A stretch of 64,000 nt of DNA from Thiomonas sp. (GTDB lineage: Bacteria; Pseudomonadota; Gammaproteobacteria; Burkholderiales; Burkholderiaceae_C), in contig NZ_JAVERI010000003.1 in NCBI RefSeq assembly GCF_034007205.1, positions 179,374-243,373 on the forward strand, written 5' to 3'. Every line of letters begins with the position of its first letter. Position 1 is the stretch's first letter. The position numbers and the translations under genes were made by a program. Under the pieces are notes generated by a model that was given only the letters and a program-made list of their open reading frames with translations, did no database searches and had not been told where the DNA came from. Below, piece after piece: positions 32,799-46,238 of the stretch.

Positions 32799-33574
32799 AT
32801 CCAATGGCTACCGCCCCCGACGCCGCTCCGCTGCTCGGGGTGAATATCGATCATGTCGCCACGCTGCGCAACGCACGCGGCGGCCGTTTTCCCGATCCCG
32901 TGATGGCGGCGCAGCAGGCGGTCGAAGCCGGGGCTGACATCATCACTTTCCATCTGCGCGAAGACCGGCGACACATCCGTGACGCCGACGTGCAGCGGCT
33001 CAAGGCCGTCATCTCGGCGCCGCTGAACTTCGAATCTGCGCTCGCCCCGGAGATGCTCGACATCATCTGCACGGTGCGACCGCAGAGGGTTTGCCTGGTG
33101 CCCGAGCGTCGACAGGAGCTGACCACCGAAGGTGGGCTGGACGTGGCGGGGCAGTTCGAGCGCGCGCGTGCAGCCTGCGCCCGGCTGGCCGACTGTGGCT
33201 GTCACGTCTCGCTGTTCATCGAGCCCAGCGCTCTGCAGATCGAGGCCAGCGCCAAGGCCGGTGCGCCCTGTATCGAACTGCATACCGGCGCCTATGCCAA
33301 TGCTTTCGACGCGGGTGACGAGGCCGCGCGGCAGCGTGAATTCGATCGCATCGTTGCCGGACTGAAGCTGGGGCGCAGCCTGGGTCTGCAGACCAACGCA
33401 GGTCATGGCCTGAGCCTGCAAAGCACCCCGGCGATTGCCGCCTTGCCCGAAGTGAGCGAGCTGCACATCGGCCATGCGATCATCGGCCACGCGGTGTTCG
33501 TCGGGCTGAAGCAATCGGTGCGCGACTTCCGGGCAGCGATCGCCGGCGCGGTTGCCGCCGCGCACGCACACTGA
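32795..33574 (+). CDS. pdxJ: Pyridoxine 5'-phosphate synthase
   Basis: [25 protein letters not shown]. Confidence 0.95.
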   Translation: MNPMATAPDAAPLLGVNIDHVATLRNARGGRFPDPVMAAQQAVEAGADIITFHLREDRRHIRDADVQRLKAVISAPLNFESALAPEMLDIICTVRPQRVCLVPERRQELTTEGGLDVAGQFERARAACARLADCGCHVSLFIEPSALQIEASAKAGAPCIELHTGAYANAFDAGDEAARQREFDRIVAGLKLGRSLGLQTNAGHGLSLQSTPAIAALPEVSELHIGHAIIGHAVFVGLKQSVRDFRAAIAGAVAAAHAH

Positions 33575-33593
33575 AGGCTGTGCCGAGGTCTGC

Positions 33594-34001
33594 ATGATCT
33601 ACGGCATCGGTACCGATGTCTGCTCCATTTCGCGCATGGACGCCGCCGTGCAGCGCAACGGCGACCGGCTCGCACAGCGCGTGCTCGGTGCGGACGAGCT
33701 CGTCGAATACCACCGGCGCAAGGCCTTGCTGCGGCTGCGCGGCATCCACTATCTGGCCACGCGCTTCGCCGCCAAGGAGGCGTTCTCCAAATCCATCGGC
33801 CTGGGTATTCACGGCCCGATGCGCTGGCGCGATTGCGAGATTCTCAAACGCCCCAGCGGACAGCCGGTCATCGTGCTGCACGATGCGCTCAAGGACTGGT
33901 GCGAGGCGCGCCAGCTGCGCTTTCACGTCTCGGTCTCCGACGAGGCCGACACCGCGCTGGCCATGGTCGTGGCGGAAGTGACCGTTCAGCTCAAGACCTG
34001 A
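33594..34001 (+). CDS. acpS: Holo-ACP synthase
   Basis: MIYGIGTDV, FAAKEAFSKS. Confidence 0.9.
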   Translation: MIYGIGTDVCSISRMDAAVQRNGDRLAQRVLGADELVEYHRRKALLRLRGIHYLATRFAAKEAFSKSIGLGIHGPMRWRDCEILKRPSGQPVIVLHDALKDWCEARQLRFHVSVSDEADTALAMVVAEVTVQLKT

Positions 34002-34005
34002 ATCC

Positions 34006-35076
34006 GTGCCTTTGCCGATGCACTCACCGCTGATCGTCGATGTGGCCGGGCTGCAGCTCGGCGCTGCCGAGCGTAAGCGGCTGCGCAACCCGCTGGTGGG
34101 CGGGGTGGTGCTGTTTGCGCGCAACTGGGAAAGCCGCGGGCAGCTCTGCGCCCTGTGCGCGCAGATCAAGGCGGTGCGACCCGATCTGCTGATCGCCGTC
34201 GACCACGAGGGCGGGCGGGTGCAGCGCTTTCGCACCGATGGCTACACGCCGCTTCCGGCCATGCGCGAACTGGGTGCGCATTGGATGATCGACGCGCCCG
34301 GCGCGATGCGGCGCGCGGCCGCGTGCGGATTCGTCCTGGCTTCGGAGCTTCGGGCCTGCGGCGTCGATTTCAGCTTCACACCGGTGCTCGACCTCGATTG
34401 GGGCGGCTCCAGCGTGATCGGCGATCGCGCCTTTCATGCCGACGCGCGCGTGGTGACGGTGCTGGCGCAGAGCCTGATGCTGGGTCTGGCGCGCGCCGGC
34501 ATGGCGCATTGCGCCAAGCATTTCCCCGGCCACGGTCATGTTCGCGCCGATACGCATGTGGCCGTGGCCCGCGACACGCGCTCCCTGGAGGCCATCCTGA
34601 GCGCCGACGCAGCGCCCTACCAATGGCTCGCACCCGAGCTGCGCGCCGTCATGCCCGCGCATGTGATCTACCCCGAGGTGGATGCGCAGCCTGCCGGTTT
34701 CAGCGCCGTATGGCTGCGCGACATCCTGCGCGAGCGCATCGGCTTCACCGGTGCGATCCTCAGCGACGACCTCGGTATGGCCGCGGCGCGGGCGGAAGGG
34801 CAAAGTCTCAGTCAGGCCGCGTTGCAGGGTTTGCAGGCCGGATGCGACGCCATGCTGGTGTGCAACCAGAGCGTGATCGACGGCGGCAGGCCGCTCGACG
34901 GGCTGTTGCGCGAACTCGATCAAGCATTGGAGCGCCGATTGTGGGCGCCCGACGCCCGCAGCGCGCAGCGCCGGCTCGATCTGCTGCCCACGCAGCCGCC
35001 CTTGCCCTGGGACGAGCTGATGGTGAACGACACCTACCAGGCGTCGCTCGACGCCGTGTTCCGCGTTCACGGATAG
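34006..35076 (+). CDS. nagZ: Beta-N-acetylhexosaminidase
   Basis: DHEGGRVQRF, KHFPGHG. Confidence 0.92.
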   Translation: MPLPMHSPLIVDVAGLQLGAAERKRLRNPLVGGVVLFARNWESRGQLCALCAQIKAVRPDLLIAVDHEGGRVQRFRTDGYTPLPAMRELGAHWMIDAPGAMRRAAACGFVLASELRACGVDFSFTPVLDLDWGGSSVIGDRAFHADARVVTVLAQSLMLGLARAGMAHCAKHFPGHGHVRADTHVAVARDTRSLEAILSADAAPYQWLAPELRAVMPAHVIYPEVDAQPAGFSAVWLRDILRERIGFTGAILSDDLGMAAARAEGQSLSQAALQGLQAGCDAMLVCNQSVIDGGRPLDGLLRELDQALERRLWAPDARSAQRRLDLLPTQPPLPWDELMVNDTYQASLDAVFRVHG

Positions 35077-36179
35077 AACAGCACCAGCTTGTAACCCGCT
35101 GGAGCCGGGCCGCTGATCTCGACATGCAGCAGCAATTGCACCTGCTGACCGGCGGCCAGGCCCTCGCGCAGGGTCTGATCGGTGGCCGCCGCAGTCGGGA
35201 GATACTGCGCGGCTTGCACCACTTTGCGTTGCAGGGTCACGCCTTGCGCATCGGTCAGGGTCAGTTCCAGCGCGGGCCAGGCCACGCTGCGGTCGGCCCG
35301 GTTGCGCAGCAATATGCTGAGCTGCAGACCACTGGCGGACGGGCTGAGCGCCGAGGAATCGATGACCAGAGCATGAAGATCGCGCGGGGCGGCCAGTTCG
35401 CAGCCGGTGGTCATGGCGCAAAGCTGTTGCAGCCACGGGCGGCTGGCGGGCCATTGCTGCGCCAGGTTGTCGCGCCAGTGCAGCGCGGACTGTGTGGCGA
35501 GCACCAGAAGCAGCAGCAGGCTGATGACGCCGAGCGCGGCGCGCGCCGGCGTGCCGTCCCAGAAGACCTGGCGGCGGGCCTTGCGCAGAAATTCGGGTTC
35601 GGCCTGGGCCGTGGTTGCGCCCCCCGGCGCGAGGTTCTCCAGCGGATCGGTGTTTTCGAATCGATAGTTGAGCGCGTCCTCCAGATGGAACTCGGATAGC
35701 GGCGCGGCATCGAGATCGAGATCGGCTTGCGGGGGCGGTTCGTCCGCTTGCGGCGCCGGGGCGGCGCGGTCGCCCTCAGGCGAAGGCGCGTGTTGTGGCC
35801 AGGCATCGTCGTCGCGCACTGGCGCGTCTGCGGCGGCAGGCCTGGGCGTAAAGTCGTAGGGTTGGGCCCTCAATGGCAGGAAGCCCTGGTAAGGCGGCTG
35901 GTCCAGTGAGATGTTGCTCCAGCGCAGGCCCGCTGCCAGCGGCGCCGTGTCGGTTCGCGGCTCTGGATACGGCGCGGGCGGCGGTGCGGGTTCTGCGCGG
36001 GCCTCGGGCTCGGCGGCAGGGGCGGGCGGCGGCTCCTGGGCGGGATCGATGAGGTGATCGACAGCATTGAACGGCTGGCCGCAATGGCCGCAGCGCACCC
36101 AGCCTTCGCGCAGCAGGAGCTGGTCGCGCACCACCTTGAAAGCGGTCTGGCAGTGGGGACAGCGGGTGGCCTGTGCCAT
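35067..36179 (-). CDS. Zinc-ribbon (MJ0042-type) / DUF3426 membrane protein
   Basis: N-terminal CPHC...CGHC, a Pro-rich linker, one TM segment and a C-terminal DUF3426-like region. Confidence 0.75.
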   Translation of the reverse strand: MAQATRCPHCQTAFKVVRDQLLLREGWVRCGHCGQPFNAVDHLIDPAQEPPPAPAAEPEARAEPAPPPAPYPEPRTDTAPLAAGLRWSNISLDQPPYQGFLPLRAQPYDFTPRPAAADAPVRDDDAWPQHAPSPEGDRAAPAPQADEPPPQADLDLDAAPLSEFHLEDALNYRFENTDPLENLAPGGATTAQAEPEFLRKARRQVFWDGTPARAALGVISLLLLLVLATQSALHWRDNLAQQWPASRPWLQQLCAMTTGCELAAPRDLHALVIDSSALSPSASGLQLSILLRNRADRSVAWPALELTLTDAQGVTLQRKVVQAAQYLPTAAATDQTLREGLAAGQQVQLLLHVEISGPAPAGYKLVLFYP

Positions 36180-36186
36180 GCGTCGT

Positions 36187-37083
36187 TCAGGGGTGCGTGC
36201 GGCCCGCGAGACAGACCCAGCCATCGAGCGATTTGTCGATCTGCAGCGCGCAATGGGGCGCGTAGGCGGCGATCAGTTCTTCGGCCTGCCGCTCCAGTAT
36301 GCCGCTGAGCACCAACCATCCTCCTGGGCGCACATGCGCGGTTATCGCTGGCGCCAGCAGCTTGAGCGGCGCAGACAGAATGTTGGCGACGACGATGTCG
36401 AAGCGCGCACCAGCCACTCTGTCGGGCAGGCCGGACTGCAGGGTGACGGCGTTGGCGGCCGCATTGGTTTCGGTGGCCTGCACCGCGTCGGTGTCGATGT
36501 CCACGCCGACCACGGGGTCGGCTCCGAACTTGGCGGCGGCGATGGCCAGAATGCCCGAGCCGCAGCCGTAGTCGAGCACGCTCTGTCCGCGCAGCTTTTG
36601 GCGCGCCAGCCATTCCAGACACAGCCGCGTGGTGGGGTGAGTGCCGGTGCCGAAGGCAAGGCCGGGATCGAGGCGGATGATGGGCACGTCGGCGGCGGGC
36701 GGCTCGTGCCAGCTCGGCACGATCCACAGCGCGTCGGCAATCGACACCGGCTGGAACTGCGACTGCGTCAGCCGCACCCAATCCCGATCTTCCACCGTGG
36801 ACTGTTGCACGTCTTGCAGATCGGGCAGCAGGTCTTCGGCGAGCAGGGCGGCCAGCGCGGCATCGGCCTGGGCTTCACCCTCGAACAGTGCGCGCAATAG
36901 CGACTGCGCCCAGGCACCCTTGGGTGGCGGCATGCCCGGTTCGCCGTACAAGGCCTGTTCCTGCGCCGTGTCGCCGAAGCGGTCTTCGACGCTCACGCTC
37001 AAGGCGCCGAGTTCCATCAGGGCGTCGGAGAGCAGGTCGGCCTGCTCTTCGCCGACGGGGAGGGTGACTTCGCAATACGTCAT
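36187..37083 (-). CDS. prmA: Ribosomal protein L11 methyltransferase
   Basis: VLDYGCGSGILAIAA SAM-binding motif. Confidence 0.92.
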   Translation of the reverse strand: MTYCEVTLPVGEEQADLLSDALMELGALSVSVEDRFGDTAQEQALYGEPGMPPPKGAWAQSLLRALFEGEAQADAALAALLAEDLLPDLQDVQQSTVEDRDWVRLTQSQFQPVSIADALWIVPSWHEPPAADVPIIRLDPGLAFGTGTHPTTRLCLEWLARQKLRGQSVLDYGCGSGILAIAAAKFGADPVVGVDIDTDAVQATETNAAANAVTLQSGLPDRVAGARFDIVVANILSAPLKLLAPAITAHVRPGGWLVLSGILERQAEELIAAYAPHCALQIDKSLDGWVCLAGRTHP

Positions 37084-37092
37084 CGGGGCATC

Positions 37093-38445
37093 TCAGGCGG
37101 AATGCCGCGCGGCGAGGTATTCCTCGAGGTAGTGGATGCTGGTGCCGCCCTCATTGAAGCGCGCATCCGCCATCAGTTCGCGGTGCAGCGGGATATTGGT
37201 CTGGATGCCATCCACCACCATTTCCGACAGGGCGATGCGCATGCGCGCAATCGCCTGTTGGCGCGTGGCGCCGTGCACGATGATCTTGCCGATCATCGAA
37301 TCGTAGTTGGGAGGGACGAAATAATTGGCATAGGCGTGCGAATCGACCCGCACCCCAGGGCCGCCCGGAGCGTGCCACACGGTGATGCGCCCCGGCGAGG
37401 GGGTGAATTTGTAGGGGTCTTCGGCGTTGATGCGGCATTCGATCGCATGGCCGGTGAACTGCACACCGCGCTGGCGCAGGGTGAGTTTTTCTCCCGCTGC
37501 GATGCGGATCTGCTCGACCACGATGTCGATGCCGGTGATGAGTTCGGTGACGGGGTGTTCGACCTGTACGCGGGTGTTCATCTCGATGAAGTAGAACTCG
37601 CCGTTTTCATACAGAAACTCGAAAGTGCCCGCGCCGCGATAGCCGATCTTCTTGCAGGCATCGGCGCAGCGCGTGCCGATGCGGTCGATCAATCGGCGCG
37701 GAATGCCGGGCGCCGGGGCCTCTTCGAGCACCTTCTGATGGCGGCGCTGCATCGAGCAGTCGCGCTCGCCCAGCCACAGCGCGTTGCCGTGGGTGTCGGC
37801 CAGCACCTGGATTTCGATGTGCCGCGGCTGCAGCAGAAACTTCTCCATATACACCGCCGGATTGCCGAACGCCGCCCCCGCCTCGCTGCGCGTCATGGCC
37901 ACGGCATTGAGCAGCGCCGCTTCGGTGTGCACCACGCGCATGCCGCGGCCTCCACCACCGCCGGCCGCCTTGATGATGACCGGATAGCCGATGGAGCGTG
38001 CGATGCGGGTGATCTCGCGCGGGTCTTCGGGCAGAGCGCCTTCCGAGCCGGGCACGCAGGGCACGCCCGAGCGGATCATGGACTGTTTGGCGCTGACCTT
38101 GTCGCCCATCAGACGAATGGAATCGGGACGCGGGCCGATGAAGGCGAAGCCGGACTTCTCCACCCGCTCGGCGAAGTCGGCGTTTTCCGACAGAAAGCCA
38201 TAGCCGGGGTGAATGGCCTCGGCATCGGTCACTTCGGCGGCGGAAATGATGGCCGGCATGTGCAGATAGCTTTGCGCCGAAGGAGCCGGGCCGATGCACA
38301 CGGACTCGTCGGCGAGCTTGACATATTTGGCGTCGCGGTCGGCCTCGGAATAGACCACCACGGTCTGTATGCCCATTTCGCGGCAGGCCCGCTGCACCCG
38401 CAGAGCAATCTCGCCACGGTTGGCAATGAGGATTTTTTTGAACAT
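37093..38445 (-). CDS. accC: Acetyl-CoA carboxylase biotin carboxylase subunit
   Basis: [16 protein letters not shown] and the ATP-grasp region. Confidence 0.97.
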   Translation of the reverse strand: MFKKILIANRGEIALRVQRACREMGIQTVVVYSEADRDAKYVKLADESVCIGPAPSAQSYLHMPAIISAAEVTDAEAIHPGYGFLSENADFAERVEKSGFAFIGPRPDSIRLMGDKVSAKQSMIRSGVPCVPGSEGALPEDPREITRIARSIGYPVIIKAAGGGGGRGMRVVHTEAALLNAVAMTRSEAGAAFGNPAVYMEKFLLQPRHIEIQVLADTHGNALWLGERDCSMQRRHQKVLEEAPAPGIPRRLIDRIGTRCADACKKIGYRGAGTFEFLYENGEFYFIEMNTRVQVEHPVTELITGIDIVVEQIRIAAGEKLTLRQRGVQFTGHAIECRINAEDPYKFTPSPGRITVWHAPGGPGVRVDSHAYANYFVPPNYDSMIGKIIVHGATRQQAIARMRIALSEMVVDGIQTNIPLHRELMADARFNEGGTSIHYLEEYLAARHSA

Positions 38446-38553
38446 GCGCGTTGTCCGTTCAGGAACCGGGAAGGGCCAGACACCCGTCGGAAGCGGGCAT
38501 GGCCGGCACGGCAAGCGCGAGGGCAGCAGGCATTGCAGCCCCGCGCCGCTCCA

Positions 38554-39033
38554 TCAGGCGATGATGAACAGCGGCTGACCGAATTCCACCGCCTGACCGT
38601 TCTCGGCAGGAATGGCCTTGATCACGCCGTCCTTGTCGCATTCGATCTCATTGAGGATTTTCATCGCCTCGATGATGCACAGCGTCTGTCCGACCTTCAC
38701 CGTGTCGCCTACTTCGACAAAAGGAGCCGCGCCAGGAGAGGGCGCGCGGTAGAAGGTGCCGACCATGGGAGACTTGAGCACATGCTCTTCGGCCGCAGGT
38801 GCCGCAGCAGGGGAGGGCGGGGCTGCGGACGCCGCACCCTCGGCAACGGGCGGTGCGTATTGATGCGGTGCGTATTGCAGCGGCATCTGCGCAGGCAGGG
38901 GGGCGTATTGCACGATGGGTTGCGGCTGCGCCTTGACGATGCGGACCGTGCCTTCGGCTTCCGTGATCTCCAGTTCGGAGACGTTGGATTCGGAGACCAG
39001 GTCGATCAAAGTCTTGAGTTTGCGTAAATCCAT
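38554..39033 (-). CDS. accB: Biotin carboxyl carrier protein
   Basis: [13 protein letters not shown] biotinylation motif. Confidence 0.95.
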   Translation of the reverse strand: MDLRKLKTLIDLVSESNVSELEITEAEGTVRIVKAQPQPIVQYAPLPAQMPLQYAPHQYAPPVAEGAASAAPPSPAAAPAAEEHVLKSPMVGTFYRAPSPGAAPFVEVGDTVKVGQTLCIIEAMKILNEIECDKDGVIKAIPAENGQAVEFGQPLFIIA

Positions 39034-39073
39034 GATCTGTCGTTAAGTCGCTGATAAGTGTCGCATTAGACCA

Positions 39074-39529
39074 TCAATTTTTACCATTCCCAAGAATGGC
39101 CACGATGTGACGCAGGGCCAGGGCATAGCCGTGAGCGCCGCAGCCGCTGATCACGGCCGTGGCCAGATCGGAAAAGTACGAGCGATGACGGAACGGTTCA
39201 CGGCGGTACACATTGCTCAGATGCACCTCGATGAAGGGCAGATCGGTGGCCGCGATGGCATCGCGCAGGGCGACGCTGGTGTGGGTGTAGGCGGCGGGAT
39301 TGATCACGACGAAGCGCGTGCCGTCCAGACGCGTCGCATGCAGGCGGTCGATCAGCGCGCCTTCGTGGTTGCTCTGGAAGGTCAGCACTTCGACGCCCAG
39401 CTCCGCAGCCAGCGTGTGCAGCGACTGATCGATGTCGCTCAGCGTGGTCGCGCCGTAAATATGCGGTTCCCTCTGCCCCAGCAGGTTCAGGTTGGGGCCG
39501 TGGAGAACGAGGATGCGCGGCAGGCTCAT
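39074..39529 (-). CDS. aroQ: Type II 3-dehydroquinate dehydratase
   Basis: [26 protein letters not shown]. Confidence 0.95.
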   Translation of the reverse strand: MSLPRILVLHGPNLNLLGQREPHIYGATTLSDIDQSLHTLAAELGVEVLTFQSNHEGALIDRLHATRLDGTRFVVINPAAYTHTSVALRDAIAATDLPFIEVHLSNVYRREPFRHRSYFSDLATAVISGCGAHGYALALRHIVAILGNGKN

Positions 39530-39584
39530 GGAGAAGCAATGACAGGGTTGGGATTTGACAAACGAGCGCGTGATGCAAGGGGGT

Positions 39585-40118
39585 TCAGTGACCGAAGGGT
39601 ACCGCTTCTTTCAGCTCGTCGAGAGAGGTTTTTCCCAGCTTTTGAAACACGACGTCCCCTTTGCCATCGAGCACCACGGTGAAGGGCAGCCCGCCTTGCT
39701 TGTTGCCCAGGCTGGTGCTCAGGGCGATGCCATTCATGCCGCCGAGCAGAATGGGGTAGCTCACCGGATGTTCTTTCAGAAAGCTGCGCACCGCGGCGGG
39801 ATTGTCGAGCGCAATGCCGACCATCTCTATGCCTTTGTCTTTGTTCTGCTGGTAAAACTCGGAAAAATCGGGCATTTCGGCAATGCAGGGCGGACACCAG
39901 CTCGCCCAGAAGTTGATCACCAGCGGTTTGCCGCGGTATTGGGATAGATCGATGGATTTTCCCTGAAGATCGTCGAGTTTGTCAGCAAAAAACGACTGGA
40001 CGGCATTGTTCTCAACGGTCACGGGCACGTTGCGTTCGCGCTGAAACCAGGCATTGCCGAGCACTGCGGCGATGAGCAGGATGATGGCGGCAGAAATCCA
40101 GATGTTGACTTTGTTCAT
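39585..40118 (-). CDS. TlpA-family thiol:disulfide oxidoreductase
   Basis: N-terminal anchor and WASWCPPC motif. Confidence 0.88.
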   Translation of the reverse strand: MNKVNIWISAAIILLIAAVLGNAWFQRERNVPVTVENNAVQSFFADKLDDLQGKSIDLSQYRGKPLVINFWASWCPPCIAEMPDFSEFYQQNKDKGIEMVGIALDNPAAVRSFLKEHPVSYPILLGGMNGIALSTSLGNKQGGLPFTVVLDGKGDVVFQKLGKTSLDELKEAVPFGH

Positions 40119-40173
40119 GGGGCTGGGGTGTACGAATCAGACCGCCCGCATTGTGCATGGCCGCAGAAGTGCA

Positions 40174-40812
40174 TTAGTTTGTCGGGTTTTCCCCAGTACT
40201 GGCGCTTGCGTTCAGGAGTTGCCTGAGCGCATGCAAAGTGCCTCTGGGCGTGCGCCCCTGGGCATCGGGCAGCAGGGCGCCGCGCAGGTCTTTTTCCGGG
40301 TAAAGGCTGAGGTGGGCAAGCACAGCCGGGCGTTCGTCATGGCCTTTCTCTGGCTCCAGGAGCCAGTGCAGAGTGAGTTGCTCGACGCGGCCGCGCCCGG
40401 CGTAGTGCGGGGCCTGGCCCAACTGAAAGGCGATTCTGCGGTCGATGCAGTGAATCTCCACGCCCTTGCTGTCGTCGGTGAACAGCAGTACGTGCAAACC
40501 AGAGTGTTCGTTGGCCGTGCCGTGCCAGACGGCGCCGGCCAGATGAGGATTGAACGCGGCAAACTCTTCCATCAGCCTCAGGGCGGCGCGGCGCAACTGC
40601 AGCAACTGCGCCGGTTGGGTGTCGGCATGAAACAGGGCGAGTTCTTCGCGCACCTGCTGCTCGATTTCATCATTGCCGGGGAGGGCATCGTGCGCCCGGC
40701 GTTCGCCCAACAGACGTTTGGCGGCCTTGCGTTTGGCAGCGCCATAGTCCAGACCGTCTTCGACGATCAGCCGCGCGGCCAGCGCGGCGAGTTCAGCGCG
40801 TAGGGAATCCAT
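40174..40812 (-). CDS. Conserved hypothetical protein
   Basis: ATG at 40812 (MDSLRAEL). Coding-like composition. No motif recognised. Confidence 0.55.
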   Translation of the reverse strand: MDSLRAELAALAARLIVEDGLDYGAAKRKAAKRLLGERRAHDALPGNDEIEQQVREELALFHADTQPAQLLQLRRAALRLMEEFAAFNPHLAGAVWHGTANEHSGLHVLLFTDDSKGVEIHCIDRRIAFQLGQAPHYAGRGRVEQLTLHWLLEPEKGHDERPAVLAHLSLYPEKDLRGALLPDAQGRTPRGTLHALRQLLNASASTGENPTN

Positions 40813-40877
40813 CGGCGCATGGTAGCGTCGACCGGCTGGCACAATGTGCGTCCATTCTTTCGCAAGCCGAGCTGCGC

Positions 40878-42780
<1,903 letters not shown>

Positions 42781-42791
<11 letters not shown>

Positions 42792-43260
42792 TGCGACCCG
42801 CAAGTCTGCTCAAGATGCGCAGCCGTTCCTGCCGGGCGATGTGGATCTGCGCCACGACCCTTTGGCGGCTGCCTACATCAAGCACGAGACCGTACAGGTA
42901 CGGTTTGCCACGGCTGCTGGTGAACTGCGCAGCCGGGAAGGACCGAATCGCTATGGCGCGGGCGACGCCATCGTCACCAGCGCCACCGGCGACCGCTGGA
43001 GTGTGTCGCGCGCCCGTTTCGAAGCCCGCTACCAACCCCTCGAGGCGATATCGATGGGGCAGGATGGTACCTACGTCAACCGGCCCATCCCGGTACTTGC
43101 GCGGCAAATGCCGCACGCGTTCCGCATGGCCCGCAGCGCAGGCGGCGATCTGCTGCATGGCAAGCCCGGCGACTGGTTGCTGCAATACGCGCCGGGGGAT
43201 TACGGCGTGGTCGAGCAGGGGCGGTTTGCGCAGGTCTATCGGAGAGTCGCGGGTGCTTGA
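42781..43260 (+). CDS. PGDYG-domain protein
   Basis: Contains YAPGDYGVV. Its ATG overlaps the uup 3' end. Confidence 0.65.
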
Positions 43261-43272
43261 ATGTTGGCTGAT

Positions 43273-43656
43273 TCAGGGTTTCGCTGCGCCGCCTGGCCCC
43301 ATCCCTCCACCGCCAGGTCCCATCCCTCCACCACCGGGGCCCATGCCTCCACCTGGACCCATCCCCTGATGCATGCCTTGCGCGGGGGGCACTTCGGGTA
43401 GCTGGACGCCGCGCTCCTTGGCGCGTTCCTGCATCAGCTTGTGATGTTCCGCCCGGATCTGTTCGCGCTGCTCGGCGGTTTTCGCCTCGCGCATCTTGAG
43501 TCGATATTCCTGACGTTCCTTTTGCGTCATCAACTGGCTGCCGTAAATGGTTTCCTGTTTTTGAGTTTGGGCATAGGCCGAGCCTGCTGCCAGCCCTCCA
43601 CCTGCAAGCAGGATGCTCAGAGATAGAGCGCTTAAAAAGGGTTTCGTGGACATCAT
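43273..43656 (-). CDS. Periplasmic helical protein with Met/Gly-rich C-terminal repeats
   Basis: Signal peptide, a charged helical core, and a tail QGMHQGMGPGGGMGPGGGGMGPGGGGMGPGG. Confidence 0.7.
   Translation of the reverse strand: MMSTKPFLSALSLSILLAGGGLAAGSAYAQTQKQETIYGSQLMTQKERQEYRLKMREAKTAEQREQIRAEHHKLMQERAKERGVQLPEVPPAQGMHQGMGPGGGMGPGGGGMGPGGGGMGPGGAAKP
43291..43365. repeat. Imperfect tandem repeats of about 21-24 bp encoding MGPGGG(G)
   Basis: cccatccctccaccgccagg repeated three to four times. Confidence 0.75.
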
Positions 43657-43847
43657 GGCAAACTCCCAAAAAAGTTCTGAGCCAAGTTTGACTCGAGATG
43701 AGGCTAAGCGTTTGTGAATCGCATAGATTGATGTATATCAATAAATCGAGATAACTTACTGTGGGGTCGATCATGCGCCCGCACGAGCACAGGACCGCAG
43801 TGAGAGCGCATGGCTCCAGCCGGTTTTGCGAGACGGCCCGGAACAGC

Positions 43848-44708
43848 TTAAAGCGGTAGCCGCCGGGTCGCCCGTGGCGCGTGGCCGTGATCGAGCGGGC
43901 CGTGACCGTGGCCGAGCTGCATGTCGGCCCCGGCGCGCAGCGCCTGGCGCACGTAGTCGCGGCCCAGCGCCACGGCCTCGGCCAGCGGCGCGCCCAGGGC
44001 GAGATGGCAGGCAATCGCCGAAGACAGGCTGCAGCCGGTGCCGTGGGTGTTGCGCGTGGGGATGCGGGTCGCTTCCCAGCGCAGCAGGCGGCCGTCGGGC
44101 AGACGCAGCAGGTCGGTGAGTTGCGGGCCGCACAGGTGGCCTCCCTTGAGCAGCACGGCGTGCGCGCCCAGATCATGCAGTCGATTCGCCGCGCCCTCCA
44201 GCGCGTCGGCGTCTATGGCGTTCAATCGCAGCAGCCAGGCCGTTTCGTCGAGGTTGGGGGTGATCAGTGTGGCCAGGGGGAAAAGCGTATCGACGAGCCG
44301 GTCCACGGTGGATGCGGTGATCAGCTTGTCGCCGCTGCTGGCGACCATGACCGGGTCGAGTACCACCTGGGCGAAGCGGTGGCGGCGGATGGCGTTGGCC
44401 ACCACCTGCACCACGCCTTCGTCGTGCAGCATGCCGATTTTCACCGCATCCACGCCGATGTCTTCGACCACCGCGTCGATCTGCTGCGCGAGCAGCTCCG
44501 GCGGCAGTGCGTGAATGGCGCGCACGCCCAGCGTGTTCTGCGCGGTGATGGCGGTGATGGCGGTCATGCCATAGCAGCCCAGCGCGGCGATGGTCTTGAG
44601 GTCGGCCTGGATGCCGGCGCCGCCGCCGCTGTCGGAGCCGGCGATGCTCAGCACGCGGGCGTAGCGCGCCGTCGGGACGATGTCAGGCTGAGGTTCTTTC
44701 GGGGTCAT
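43848..44708 (-). CDS. thiD: Hydroxymethylpyrimidine/phosphomethylpyrimidine kinase
   Basis: VLSIAGSDSGGGAGIQADLK. ATG at 44708 overlaps the thiE stop. The longer 481-aa ORF is an artefact. Confidence 0.92.
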   Translation of the reverse strand: MTPKEPQPDIVPTARYARVLSIAGSDSGGGAGIQADLKTIAALGCYGMTAITAITAQNTLGVRAIHALPPELLAQQIDAVVEDIGVDAVKIGMLHDEGVVQVVANAIRRHRFAQVVLDPVMVASSGDKLITASTVDRLVDTLFPLATLITPNLDETAWLLRLNAIDADALEGAANRLHDLGAHAVLLKGGHLCGPQLTDLLRLPDGRLLRWEATRIPTRNTHGTGCSLSSAIACHLALGAPLAEAVALGRDYVRQALRAGADMQLGHGHGPLDHGHAPRATRRLPL

Positions 44709-45361
44709 CGGAGAGCGGGTCGGTCGGTGAATTGGCGCAGCGCGCGGGCCGTGGCGGCGGGGTCGGGCGCGGCGCACAGCGCCCGCACCACGGCCAGGCC
44801 ATCGGCGCCCGCGCGCATCACCTGTGCGGCGTTGTCGAGATCGATGCCGCCGATGGCGACGAGCGGCAGCCCGGTCAGCGCCCGCAGTGCGCGCAGACCA
44901 TCGAGGCCCAGCGCGGGTGCGGCGTCGGACTTGCTCGGTGTGGCAAACACCGGGCTGACGCCGAGGTAATCCACCGGCAGCCCGGCGGCCGCGCGCACCT
45001 GCTCGGGGTTTTCGACCGACAGGCCGATCAGGGCCTGCGGCATCCAGCGGCGCACTTCCTCGGGCGGCATATCGCTTTGGCCGACATGCACGCCGTCCGC
45101 ACCCGCGGCCAGCGCCACATCGAGCCGGTCGTTGATGATCAGCGGCACGCCCAGCGGTGCCAGCAGGCTTTTCAGCGCGCGGGCGCGTTCGACGAAAAGC
45201 CGCGTGTCCAGATGCTTTTCGCGCAATTGCACGCAGGTGGCGCCGCCGCGCACTGCCTCGGCGGCCACGGCCTGCACCCCGCGCGGGCCGCACAGCGCGG
45301 CATCGGTGACCAGGTGCAGCCGCAGCACGGCAAGCGGCCAGCGCGGGCGTGGCTCATTCAT
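44705..45361 (-). CDS. thiE: Thiamine-phosphate synthase
   Basis: LHLVTD..., VQLREK, IGLS, VAIGGI. Confidence 0.92.
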   Translation of the reverse strand: MNEPRPRWPLAVLRLHLVTDAALCGPRGVQAVAAEAVRGGATCVQLREKHLDTRLFVERARALKSLLAPLGVPLIINDRLDVALAAGADGVHVGQSDMPPEEVRRWMPQALIGLSVENPEQVRAAAGLPVDYLGVSPVFATPSKSDAAPALGLDGLRALRALTGLPLVAIGGIDLDNAAQVMRAGADGLAVVRALCAAPDPAATARALRQFTDRPALR

Positions 45362-46190
45362 CGTGGTGCAGCCTCAGCCGGGCTTTGAAGGTCTGGGCGT
45401 CGAGCAGTTGCAGACCGTCGAGCAGGGCGATCTGCATCTGGCCGACGCCGCGGCCCTGTGCCCGCACCTGCTCGGCGGCGACCTCGCCGACCACGCCGAG
45501 GTAGGCCATCGCCGCCGTGGTGGCGTGGAATGCGTCGGCCTGTACCGCACAGAACGCGCCGGTCAGCGCGCTGGCCGAGCAGCCTACGCCGGTCACGCGC
45601 GTCATCCAGACATGCCCGTTGGACAGGCGCGCATGGCGGCCATCGGGCGCGAGGATGTGGTCGGTGACGCCGCTGACGCAGACGACTGCGCCGAGATGCG
45701 CCGCCAGTGCCTGCGCCGCGTGTAAGGCATCGTCCGACGCAATGGCGCTGTCGACTCCGCGAGTGGCGCTCTGGACCCCGGCGACGCTGAGCACCTCCGA
45801 GGCGTTGCCGCGCAACACCGTGGGGCTGCCCGCGGCAAGCAGTTGCGCGATGGCCTGGTTGCGGTAGGGCGTGGCTCCGGCGCCCACCGGATCGAGCACG
45901 ACGGGAAGGCCGCGCGCGCGAGCGGTCTGCAGCGCCATGACCATCGCCTCGATCCACTCGGGCGACAGCGTGCCGATGTTGAGCACCAGGGCCTGAGCGA
46001 TGCCTGCCATGTCGCGCACTTCTTCGCGGGCATGCGCCATCACCGGCGCGGCGCCCAGGGCCAGCAGGGCGTTGGCGCTGTAGTTCATCACGACGAAATT
46101 GGTGATGTTGTGCACCAGCGGTTGTTGCTGGCGCACGGCGAGCATATCGGCCCAGAGCGAGTCGGCGGTAAGAGGCGGCATGATCGGCAC
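45354..46190 (-). CDS. thiM: Hydroxyethylthiazole kinase
   Basis: [19 protein letters not shown]. Confidence 0.92.
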   Translation of the reverse strand: MPIMPPLTADSLWADMLAVRQQQPLVHNITNFVVMNYSANALLALGAAPVMAHAREEVRDMAGIAQALVLNIGTLSPEWIEAMVMALQTARARGLPVVLDPVGAGATPYRNQAIAQLLAAGSPTVLRGNASEVLSVAGVQSATRGVDSAIASDDALHAAQALAAHLGAVVCVSGVTDHILAPDGRHARLSNGHVWMTRVTGVGCSASALTGAFCAVQADAFHATTAAMAYLGVVGEVAAEQVRAQGRGVGQMQIALLDGLQLLDAQTFKARLRLHHDE

Positions 46191-46238
46191 GAGCGAAACG
46201 GGAAAGGCGATTATCCCCCGCGCGGCGAACCGCGGCGT

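Noticed and set aside
46191-46238. A TPP riboswitch upstream of thiM-thiE-thiD.
   Set aside because: Only about 48 nt separate thiM from rlmH, and I see no CUGAGA / ACCUGAUCUGGAUAAUGCCAGCG-type thi-box. An Rfam scan would settle it.
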